Source: Candidatus Methanolliviera sp. GoM_asphalt (GTDB lineage Archaea; Halobacteriota; Methanoliparia; Methanoliparales; Methanoliparaceae). From it: 31,926 bases of DNA. The first letter of the stretch is position 1, and each line of letters opens with the position of its first letter. The notes under the pieces were generated by a model that made no database searches, was not told the origin of the DNA, and saw only the letters and a list, made by a program, of their open reading frames with translations. Positions 24,019-31,926 of this stretch are shown piece after piece. The DNA lies in the NCBI GenBank assembly GCA_902158745.1, contig CABGHH010000001.1, positions 1 through 31,926 on the forward strand. Reading direction: 5' to 3'. Made by a program: the position numbers and the translations under genes.

Positions 24019-25883
24019 AGGATTTAAGCCCATTGTTCGACCCAAGATCGATTGCGGTGATCGGGGCAACGAACGACTTCAACAAATGGGGTTTTATCAC
24101 TTTTTTAAGTACCATAAGTGGATTTAGGGGAAAGGTCTATCCTGTGAATTGGAATGAAGAGAAAGTACTGGGTTACCCGGCATTTAAAAAGGTGACCGAT
24201 ATACCGGATCCGATTGATCTGGCAATATTCGTTATCCCTGCTCCTGCTGTTTCTAATGTTATGGAAGATTGTGTCGAGAAGGGCGTCAAATCTGCCGTCA
24301 TCATCTCCGCCGGATTTGCAGAAATCGGAGAAGAGGGGAAGAGATTAGAAGATGAACTCATCAGGGTGGCAAAGAAGGGAAAAATTCGCTTCGTCGGTCC
24401 AAATTGTATGGGATTCTGGAGCGCTTCTTCAAATTTGTCGGCACTCATGTATCCCACTCCTTTCAGAGACGGTCCATTTGCTCTTGTGACATAGGGGGGA
24501 AATCTGGGTGTTGCAATAGCAATGGACGCCTATAAGCGAGGAATAGGGTTTCACAGGTACGTGAGTTGCGGACGCGCCGTTGGTATACAGATCGAAGATT
24601 ATATCGAGTACTTTGGGAAAGACTCCGAGGTAAAGGTGATCCTAACTTATATAGAGGGTTTAGATGATGGGAGAAGATTCATCGATAAGGTCAGAGGGGT
24701 GACGAGAGAGAAACCGGTCGTCGTGCTTAAACCTGGGAAGAGCGAAGTTACGGAGAGGGCGATAATGTCTCATTCTGGGGCCCTCTCTGGCTCGTATCAG
24801 ATTTATGGAGAGGCATTCAAAAAGGCTGGAGCGATCAGGGTAGATAGCGCCGAGGAGCTTTTGGATGTAGGTATTGGATTACTATCCCAGCCGCTTCCAA
24901 AGGGGAGAAATGTTGCCGTCATCACCCCTGGGGGAAGCTACGGTGTTATGTGTGCCGATTGTTGTGCCCCTCTTGGCCTAAATGTGATCAAACTACCAAA
25001 AAATATTATCAATGAATTTGATAAAATGTTTCCTCCTCGATGGAGCCGCGGTAACCCCATAGATCCGGCGGGAGATCGAGATTTTGTCCCCTATCTGAAG
25101 GCGGTTGAGCGAGTGATGGAACTAAAAGAAGTGGATTCATTGATCTTTATGGGTTTTGGCAATCTTTCCAGCTTTTTTGAGATGGATTCGCCGCTATTCA
25201 GAGATATGATAAAATTTATGCCGGAGATCGTTCCGAATCTACTCTCCACGTTTGATCTTAGAAAGATCGATATTCAACAATTCTTACCTTTGCTCAATTC
25301 TCCATTCTTAAGCTCTTTTTTAGCCTTTTCGTATAAGGGGGTAAATGGAGATACAGACGAAAAAGAACTCTCCGAAAAAGTTACCTCATCGATCAATTCT
25401 GCCTTTGAGGGGAGTGGAAATATAAGAACCTTTAAAGGATTGATCGATTCCGTGATAGAAAAGATCGACCTCGTCGGATTGATATTACCTCTTTTACCTA
25501 TAATTGCCCCTATCATATCTGCCGGAGAAGAGATAGGCGAAAAAGAGTTTGTTCCGTTGATTGCCCCAATAATAGAATCCAGCAGATCAGATATAACATC
25601 TATAACGAAGAATATGATCTTGGGGATTCCATCTTTCCTTAACCCTGAAGGGATGGATATGAGCAAAATTTTGGAGGTATTTGATTCCATCATGGGAATG
25701 ATCGTCCTCTACTGGATCGAGGCATATAAAAAACCAATAATTGCAACCACCTTCTCCGGGGCGACAACTCCTCTAATAAATTTGAGCAGGGGACCCTACT
25801 TTGCATATCCTTCTCCCGAGCGGGCGGCAAAAGTTCTGACAAAATTGTTCGAATATAAGGAATATCTGGATTCTTCAAGATAG
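24015..25883 (+). pseudogene. NDP-forming acyl-CoA synthetase (ACD) alpha-type / CoA-binding protein interrupted by an in-frame TAG at 24492-24494 (nonsense allele or read-through)
   Basis: LFDPRSIAVIGA, VYPVN, ISAGFAE.G, VGPNCMG, then ALVT*GGNLG (consensus xSQSG), YVSCG, KPVVVLK.G.S, SHSG (phospho-His motif), GRNVAVIT.GG.GV, NP.D; the two ORF-track ORFs are in the same frame. Confidence 0.82.
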
Positions 25884-25925
25884 TATTGTAGATTAGGCAC
25901 TATCGATTTTTCTGGTGATTTTCAA

Positions 25926-26036
25926 CTATTCCTTATCTGCGGATCCTATCGCCTCCACAGGTTTTAGCCATCTAACCTCCACATCCTCTTCAGACATCCA
26001 TTTTAGTTCTTTCATCATATCAATTTTAATATCCAT
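25926..26036 (-). CDS. Possible 36-aa ORF or truncated gene remnant
   Basis: ATG overlaps the DUF364 stop (TGATG); MDIKIDMMKELKWMSEEDVEVRWLKPVEAIGSADKE*; no homology recognised. Confidence 0.3.
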   Translation of the reverse strand: MDIKIDMMKELKWMSEEDVEVRWLKPVEAIGSADKE

Positions 26037-26740
26037 CATCTCTCCATCACCAAAAATTCGAGCGAATCTTCAAATTGTTTAACCATACCTCCTCCCTGCA
26101 CGATCTTCTTCATCATCCTCTCATTATCAATTATCTTTATCCCCGCAATCATATCCACCCCATACTCGAATAAAACCGGTGACATAGGTGTAGAAGGTCC
26201 TAATACGATCGTATATCCATTGCTCAGCTCCAAAAGACGTTCGATGGACTTATTTATTATAGCAGAACTCGTTATAACGACGATGTCCGCGTCTGGAATT
26301 ATGTATTCACAAGCCGTATCCGGCAGATCGCCTGGTTTTTGATTTTTTTCTAAAACCCATAACTCCTCTGCCCTATCTCTCAGAGGAGAGACCTTTGGAA
26401 AATGCCCCACCATCGCGATCTTCTTTCCATCCGCATTTTCAAGTAAAAAATCGAGCACATTTATATTTTTACCTTTGGGCTCAATCAATGAATTTATCGC
26501 GGCTAAACCGATACCCGCTTCGATCATATTCCATGATTTAGCGTATTTCGCCAGTTCTATGGCCGTTTTTCCAGTAAGCTCACCCAAATCCTTAATACGG
26601 CTATCGTGCATTGTCCCATAATTCTTCGCAACTCCGCAGTTTTTGCTCAAAACTCCGATCCATGCATAACCGACGTGCACATCTCGGACTTCTGTATCTT
26701 TATCATTCAAATCCGAGATCAAATCTTCTATCAATTTCAT
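26036..26740 (-). CDS. DUF364 family protein (Rossmann-like, putative metal-chelate related)
   Basis: EA.IGLAA+NS, KK+AMVGHFP, ELWVLE, D+V.IT.SA+INKS+ERLL, +LGPSTP....LF.YG.D.+.G; typical neighbour of such ABC clusters. Confidence 0.8.
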   Translation of the reverse strand: MKLIEDLISDLNDKDTEVRDVHVGYAWIGVLSKNCGVAKNYGTMHDSRIKDLGELTGKTAIELAKYAKSWNMIEAGIGLAAINSLIEPKGKNINVLDFLLENADGKKIAMVGHFPKVSPLRDRAEELWVLEKNQKPGDLPDTACEYIIPDADIVVITSSAIINKSIERLLELSNGYTIVLGPSTPMSPVLFEYGVDMIAGIKIIDNERMMKKIVQGGGMVKQFEDSLEFLVMER

Positions 26741-26744
26741 TATA

Positions 26745-27539
26745 TCACCTATTCATCAGAGGGACACAAACCTTTCTTCCATTAGCCGCTCCATCGTTCA
26801 CATAAACGATCTTTGCATCTACACCGTAGGCTCGTTTAAGATTCTCTTCTGTTATCACGTCATCTGGAATTCCCATATCTATAAACCCTCCCCCATTCAT
26901 GACTGCCACCTTGCTTGAGACGAGAAATGCGTGGTCCGGGAAGTGTGAAGTCATTATAATGGATAATCCGGTGGAGGCAAATTTTTCTATTATCTCTAAT
27001 ATACGTATCTGATTTCCAAAATCCAGATGAGAAGTCGGTTCATCCAGAAGCAAAATAGATGGTTGCTGAGATAAAACCCTGGCGAAGAGGACAAGCTGTC
27101 TTTCACCGCCACTGATCTCCGTATAAGGCTTTTCTATCAGGTGAGAGATACCAAGCGTTCTAATGGCATCTTTTGCTATCTTGACATCTTTTTCTGTGGG
27201 GAAAGAGAATAGACTGAGGTAAGGGGCCCTTCCCATAAGTACTACATCCAGCACGGAGAAGGGAAAAGTTGGATTATGCATCTGGGGAATATAACCAATC
27301 TCTCTTGCCACATCAGTCTTCTTCAATGAATAAATATCCTCACCGTTCAGGATTACGCTTCCTTCTTTAAGCTTTAGCATATTATCTATACACTTGATTA
27401 GTGTGGACTTCCCCGTGCCGTTTGGTCCCAGGATGCAGAAGATATCCCCCTTCTTTATGGAGAAACTGATATTCTCAAATATATTATCTCTTCCATTGTA
27501 TGAGAATGCCGCATCTTTTACTTTTATTACTTCTTTCAT
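26745..27539 (-). CDS. Iron-chelate/cobalamin ABC transporter ATP-binding subunit (FepC/BtuD family)
   Basis: GPNGTGKST, ISGGERQ, LLLDEPTSHLD, SH.PDHA. Confidence 0.94.
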   Translation of the reverse strand: MKEVIKVKDAAFSYNGRDNIFENISFSIKKGDIFCILGPNGTGKSTLIKCIDNMLKLKEGSVILNGEDIYSLKKTDVAREIGYIPQMHNPTFPFSVLDVVLMGRAPYLSLFSFPTEKDVKIAKDAIRTLGISHLIEKPYTEISGGERQLVLFARVLSQQPSILLLDEPTSHLDFGNQIRILEIIEKFASTGLSIIMTSHFPDHAFLVSSKVAVMNGGGFIDMGIPDDVITEENLKRAYGVDAKIVYVNDGAANGRKVCVPLMNR

Positions 27540-28609
27540 GACCAACCCATCTCACTTTTTCTTAAAAGATATACAAAGAACGGTGCCCCGACTATTGCCG
27601 TAAGGATGCCAAGAGGAATCTCGGCAGTCGTTAATGTTCTTGCACAGTTATCCACCAGCAGAAGATAAAAAGCCCCGATAGAAACGCATGCCGGCAATAG
27701 TGCCTTATGATCTGGACCCACAAGCATCCTTCCAACGTGGGGTATAATAAGTCCTACCCATCCAATAATCCCACTGATGCATACCGAAGACGCCGTTATT
27801 ATTGTACAACATACAATGATGATTATCCTCAATTTTCTGGTATTCACTCCAAGTGCTGAAGCTTCCTCATCGCCCATCGAGAGAATATTAATCCTCCATC
27901 TGATGAGCAGAAGGATAGCCATGCCAATCAGTATCGGTGCAGATACCATGAGTATATCCCTGTTAGAGACCGATGATAGGCTGCCCATAAGCCAGAAGAC
28001 GATAGCAGGAAGTTTTTCATAAGGGTCTGCCACGTATTTCGTAAGTGAGATCAAGGCAGAGAAGAAAGCTCCAACGGCGATGCCTGCCAATACCAGAACT
28101 AATGTTGACGTGCCTCTAACCATCTTGCTTATCCCATAAGTCATACCCACAGCAATTAGACCGAAGAGCAAGGCAGAGACCTGTATCATGAATGGATTGC
28201 CCGAGAAAAGGATGGCCATGGCGGCACCGAAGCCTGCGCCGGAGGCAACACCCAGGATCTGAGGGGACACGAGCGGATTTCTAAAAAGCCCCTGAAAGGA
28301 TGCGCCGGATACGGATAGTCCTGACCCAACCAGCATGGCGGCCACTATCCTGGGCAATCTTATCCGGAAGACCACCGTATCTAATACAGCGGGCCATGTG
28401 TGCTCAATGGGTAAAAACTTTGATGCCAAGACTACAATAACCTCCGGTGGTGATATAGGGTATCTGCCGAGGAGAAAGGATGCAAAGAAGAGAGAAACTG
28501 GCAGTAAGACCAAGACGACATTTATAGAGACTCTCCTTGCAAGCCCCTTCTTTATAATAACTTCCTCATCGTTCGGATCGTGATAGGATTTTGAAGGATA
28601 CCCCTTCAT
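27536..28609 (-). CDS. Iron-chelate/cobalamin ABC transporter permease (FecCD/BtuC family)
   Basis: IRLPRI.AA.LVG.GL.+SGA.FQG+FRNPL.SP.ILG+..GA.FGA, GIIGWVGLIIPH.GR, EIPLGILTA.+GAPFF; start set at ATG 28609 (ATGA overlap). Confidence 0.94.
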   Translation of the reverse strand: MKGYPSKSYHDPNDEEVIIKKGLARRVSINVVLVLLPVSLFFASFLLGRYPISPPEVIVVLASKFLPIEHTWPAVLDTVVFRIRLPRIVAAMLVGSGLSVSGASFQGLFRNPLVSPQILGVASGAGFGAAMAILFSGNPFMIQVSALLFGLIAVGMTYGISKMVRGTSTLVLVLAGIAVGAFFSALISLTKYVADPYEKLPAIVFWLMGSLSSVSNRDILMVSAPILIGMAILLLIRWRINILSMGDEEASALGVNTRKLRIIIIVCCTIITASSVCISGIIGWVGLIIPHVGRMLVGPDHKALLPACVSIGAFYLLLVDNCARTLTTAEIPLGILTAIVGAPFFVYLLRKSEMGWS

Positions 28610-29415
28610 TTCTCCCACCAGATCAAAGCCCATCTCGACCTCTCGTTGGGGGCCTCTAATGTGCCTTCATCAGTCTCCACAAGATTCTCCACCAGATAGT
28701 CCTTCAGTATCTTCTCTTCTTCATCGCTCAAATCACTGATCTTCCATCGCCAATCATCAATTGTATCCTCAAGATCTCGATAACATATCCTGCTTTTACA
28801 TTCGATAAGTTCCACATTGGCATGTATTCCCATCTGATAGAGAATGTTGTATATGTAGATATATCCGGGATATTCGTGATATTCTCTTCCAAGCGTCTTA
28901 TAAACGCCACTATCGAATTTTCTCTCGCTCGCCTTCCAGGTTACATAAGCATACCTTTTAGCGATGCGATTCATCTTCGTTAATTCTTCTTTCAGGTCTA
29001 ACGTGACGCCCAATGAACGGGAGGCGATCACAAGATCATGCTCATCTATATCTTTATCTATACCAACATCCTGCCAGGATCTATTTAGGCATGTTATATT
29101 GGATAGATCCTCCTTCATCGCATTCTCTCTCAAAAATCTTAGCATCTCCTTTGAAACATCTAAAGCGGTAACATGCTTTACTTTCTTTGCCATTGGTATT
29201 GCAAGTGATCCAGTTCCACAACCTATATCCAGAACAGTCCAACTCTGATTAAGTTTAATCCTCTGCATCACTTTCTCTGAATAATCATCTCTCTTCATCC
29301 ATTCATCCATTCTTTTTGCAAGATCATCCCATTGTTTCACCTTTTCATGCTTTCCAGAGACTTTCTTCATCGCCTCCTTCCACATCTCGTTCCAGTCGAT
29401 TTGATTTAGTTCCAT
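28606..29415 (-). CDS. Class I SAM-dependent methyltransferase (copy 1, intact)
   Basis: VLDIGCGTGSL, VTALDVS..ML, HDLVIASRS; ends RWALIWWEK. Confidence 0.92.
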   Translation of the reverse strand: MELNQIDWNEMWKEAMKKVSGKHEKVKQWDDLAKRMDEWMKRDDYSEKVMQRIKLNQSWTVLDIGCGTGSLAIPMAKKVKHVTALDVSKEMLRFLRENAMKEDLSNITCLNRSWQDVGIDKDIDEHDLVIASRSLGVTLDLKEELTKMNRIAKRYAYVTWKASERKFDSGVYKTLGREYHEYPGYIYIYNILYQMGIHANVELIECKSRICYRDLEDTIDDWRWKISDLSDEEEKILKDYLVENLVETDEGTLEAPNERSRWALIWWEK

Positions 29416-29422
29416 TAAGATT

Positions 29423-30466
29423 TCACCTTAAAATTTGAGCGATCTCCTCTTCGGTGATGGTATAATTGTAGAACTTTGAATAGAATGTCTTCATCTCCTC
29501 TGCCATGTTGAAGTGAACTTCTTCGGGATACAATTTGTTGGATAACCACATCGTACCAAGAATCGACTCTGGAACAGGCATGTCCCATGCCTCAATATAT
29601 CTGGGTATCCTGTGCACTCTACGATTCTTGACTGCGTTTATCTGCTGCCATCTCGGATTAGATAAGATATCATCTACAGAATCACTGCAGTATGAAACCA
29701 CCACGATCACATCTGGATTCCACCTCAATATCTGCTCGATGGAGACCGTCTTCCAACCACCCATAATACTTCCGGCAACATTGATGCCTCCGGCATCTTC
29801 TATTAGGTAACTCTGATACCAGTCTCTTCCTGCTGTAGTCAATTTATCCGGTCCGGCCACATAGACCTTCATCTTCTCATCTTCTGGAATCTGGGTATTG
29901 CTCCGTATATACTCCATCTTCTTATCATAAAAAGATACGAAATCTTCTGCTTCTTTCTCTTTACCGAGAACGTCTCCAATAAGCTGCACACTCTCAATGA
30001 GTAATTCTGGACTTTCTGGATAGATACAGACAAGAGGAATGCCTGCTTCTTCCATCTTTTTATTGGATCCTGTCCATCTTGTCCCTGCCTTTGATAAAAC
30101 TACATCAGGTTTCAACGATAAAATTTCTTCTATGTTTATCCCTTCAGGACCCATTGGTGCCGGCATATTCTTTATTTTAGGATATATCTCCTCCATCTTT
30201 TTTCTACCCATCTTAAGAGTGATGCCTACCAATTTATCCTGTCCGTGAGCGACAAATACGGCTTGGGTTGCCATTGGGTTTACCGAAACAATCCTCTCCA
30301 CCGTTGCCGGTATCTCCACCGTTCTTCCAGCCATATCGGTGATCGTTCTCGTCTCTTTTGTGGTGGATTCTGTGTCCTGTTGACTCGTATAAACATAGGC
30401 ACCAATACCTGCCACAACCACAACGATTGCGACTAAAGCCAAAATCTTGAGTTTTTTATTCTTCAT
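29423..30466 (-). CDS. ABC substrate-binding protein, BtuF/FhuD class (SBP1), N-terminal membrane anchor
   Basis: TITDMAGRTV.IP..VERIV, IE.IL.LKPDVV, VS.EQIL.WNPDVI, W..INAVKN.RV..IP. Confidence 0.92.
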   Translation of the reverse strand: MKNKKLKILALVAIVVVVAGIGAYVYTSQQDTESTTKETRTITDMAGRTVEIPATVERIVSVNPMATQAVFVAHGQDKLVGITLKMGRKKMEEIYPKIKNMPAPMGPEGINIEEILSLKPDVVLSKAGTRWTGSNKKMEEAGIPLVCIYPESPELLIESVQLIGDVLGKEKEAEDFVSFYDKKMEYIRSNTQIPEDEKMKVYVAGPDKLTTAGRDWYQSYLIEDAGGINVAGSIMGGWKTVSIEQILRWNPDVIVVVSYCSDSVDDILSNPRWQQINAVKNRRVHRIPRYIEAWDMPVPESILGTMWLSNKLYPEEVHFNMAEEMKTFYSKFYNYTITEEEIAQILR

Positions 30467-30522
30467 TTAGTTTTCTTCCTTTCCCCACCAGATCAATACC
30501 CATCTCAATAGTTGGTCTCCAT
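30467..30522 (-). pseudogene. 56-nt scar of an internally deleted methyltransferase gene between the two SBPs
   Basis: ATG GAG ACC AAC... fused out of frame to TTG AGA TGG GTA TTG ATC TGG TGG GGA AAG GAA GAA AAC TAA (LRWVLIWWGKEEN*), matching the 3' ends of both methyltransferase paralogues. Confidence 0.8.
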
Positions 30523-31646
30523 TACTTGCCCCAACCTTGCAAGGCATGCTCCGCATCCTCAACGGAGAGATTGTAATCATAAAACTTTTTGAAGTACTCC
30601 TGCATCTCCTTAACCATGTCAACATCTTTGAACATGTCAGGGTGGAGCTGTTTTGCCAGCCACAGGTAATACACTGGTTTGCTACTTGCCTTGTCTAAGA
30701 AGAAGACGCCTGAAGGTATACGATATATCCTGTGATTTTTGACGGCGGGGATGGATGCCCAGTCGGGGTCATTTGAAATTGCCTTGATCATTTCGTTAGG
30801 TTTTCCGCCGTGATTATCGATGATTATCACATCTGGATGCCATGCTAATACCTGTTCTAAGGAGACCTCGGGGAACTTACCCCCCTTAATGTCAGCGCCA
30901 ACATCAACGCCGCCGCACAGTTCAACAACAAAGTCATGTCCACTCCCACTTCCCCATGTTGCTAGTGGATTAGTGCCCCAGCTGTTACCGATATAGACTC
31001 TGGGACGATTAGCCTCAGGGATATTCTCTGTCCGTGATCTTATAAACTGTACCTTTTCCTCATAATACCTGCACCATTCCTCCGCTTTTGCCGCTGAGGT
31101 TTTACCTCCCAAGAGATTAGCCACACGGCGGATCAGCTTTTCTTGTTCTGCAATCTCCTCATCCATTGTATGAGGACTAGCTTTAGACCATGAAACGAAA
31201 CAGGGGATGCCGGCGTTTTCAAACTGCTTGACCGTCTTCGGGATATAGTAGTAGATGACCACATCCAACTCAGCGTTGATGAATTCCTCTATTTTTATTA
31301 CTGATTTAGGCCCAGATGTAAGGGTTAAATCGGTAGAATAATTCTTCAAATCTGGATTGGTAAGATTGGCTAAGGGATAGGCATCGCGGTGGTCTTTACG
31401 CACCTCAACAATCTGATCCTTGCCGCATAGCATGAACACCACCTCGTAGGATGGCCCTGGCATACAGGCAATCCTCTTCACATTGAGCGGTACTTTGACC
31501 TGACGGTCGTACATATCTGTGATCGTTCTCGTCTCTGCCTTTGTAGTGGGTTCTTCACCCAGTTGACTTACATACCAAGCACCAACACTCACCACAACCA
31601 TAACGATTGCGACGAAAGCTATAACTTTGAGTTTTTTATTATTCAT
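30522..31646 (-). CDS. ABC substrate-binding protein, BtuF/FhuD class (SBP2), N-terminal membrane anchor
   Basis: TITDMYDRQV.VP..VKRIA, VSLEQVLAWHPDVIII, W..IPAVKN.RIY.IP.G.F. Confidence 0.92.
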   Translation of the reverse strand: MNNKKLKVIAFVAIVMVVVSVGAWYVSQLGEEPTTKAETRTITDMYDRQVKVPLNVKRIACMPGPSYEVVFMLCGKDQIVEVRKDHRDAYPLANLTNPDLKNYSTDLTLTSGPKSVIKIEEFINAELDVVIYYYIPKTVKQFENAGIPCFVSWSKASPHTMDEEIAEQEKLIRRVANLLGGKTSAAKAEEWCRYYEEKVQFIRSRTENIPEANRPRVYIGNSWGTNPLATWGSGSGHDFVVELCGGVDVGADIKGGKFPEVSLEQVLAWHPDVIIIDNHGGKPNEMIKAISNDPDWASIPAVKNHRIYRIPSGVFFLDKASSKPVYYLWLAKQLHPDMFKDVDMVKEMQEYFKKFYDYNLSVEDAEHALQGWGK

Positions 31647-31926
31647 TTATTCTTCCTCCTCATTTCCCCACCAGATCAAAACCTATCTTGACTTCTCATT
31701 TGGAGCCTCTAATGTACCTTCCTCTCTTTCCACGAGATTCTCCATTAAATATTTCTTCAGTTCCCTCTCTTCTTCATCGCTCAAATCCTCGATCTTCCAT
31801 CGCCAATCATCCATTGCATCATCCATGTTTAGATAACATATTCTGCTTTTACATTCGATGAATTCCACATTTGCATATATTCCCATCTGATAGAGGATGT
31901 TGTATATGTAAATATAACCGGGATAC
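31647..31926 (-). pseudogene. Class I SAM methyltransferase (copy 2), 3' part only in window, with an in-frame TAG at 31683-31685 eleven codons before the TAA
   Basis: YPGYIYIYNILYQMGIYANVEFIECKSRICY...EGTLEAPNEKSR*VLIWWGNEEEE*, closely similar to copy 1, which has RWALIWW at that position. Confidence 0.82.

Noticed and set aside
1-31926. tRNA, rRNA or other structured ncRNA genes
   Set aside because: Intergenic spaces are short and none shows a cloverleaf or recognisable rRNA/SRP/RNase P RNA sequence.

Overview
Archaeal chromosomal window from an anaerobe with F420/H4MPT C1 metabolism (bona fide mer; Methanomicrobia/Halobacteriota-like ribosomal gene order; taxonomy is inference). Left to right: a minus-strand run mer -> NuoE/HydC-like -> NuoF/HydB-like -> NuoG/HoxU-like (truncated by the window edge); a divergent LeuC/HacA-type aconitase large subunit; an AT-rich Type III restriction-modification pair (mod, res); the archaeal S10-spc ribosomal superoperon (rpl3 to secY, with rnp1 and an unlisted rps14) followed by DUF106, a 125-aa unknown and an NDP-forming acyl-CoA synthetase alpha-type gene broken by an in-frame TAG; then a convergent minus-strand FecCD/BtuC-type ABC cluster with a tandem [SAM methyltransferase - substrate-binding protein] array. 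The most unusual signal is a family of 22-45 nt elements, mostly double hairpins with GNA triloops, each flanked by a duplicated ATG. They sit at three stop/start overlap junctions of the ribosomal operon and once in frame inside rnp1. Other notable points: two in-frame amber codons at conserved Gln/Trp positions, a 56-nt scar of a deleted methyltransferase, a 5x30-bp repeat in the uS3 tail, and a NuoF-like subunit with a possible NADP(H) signature encoded downstream of mer.
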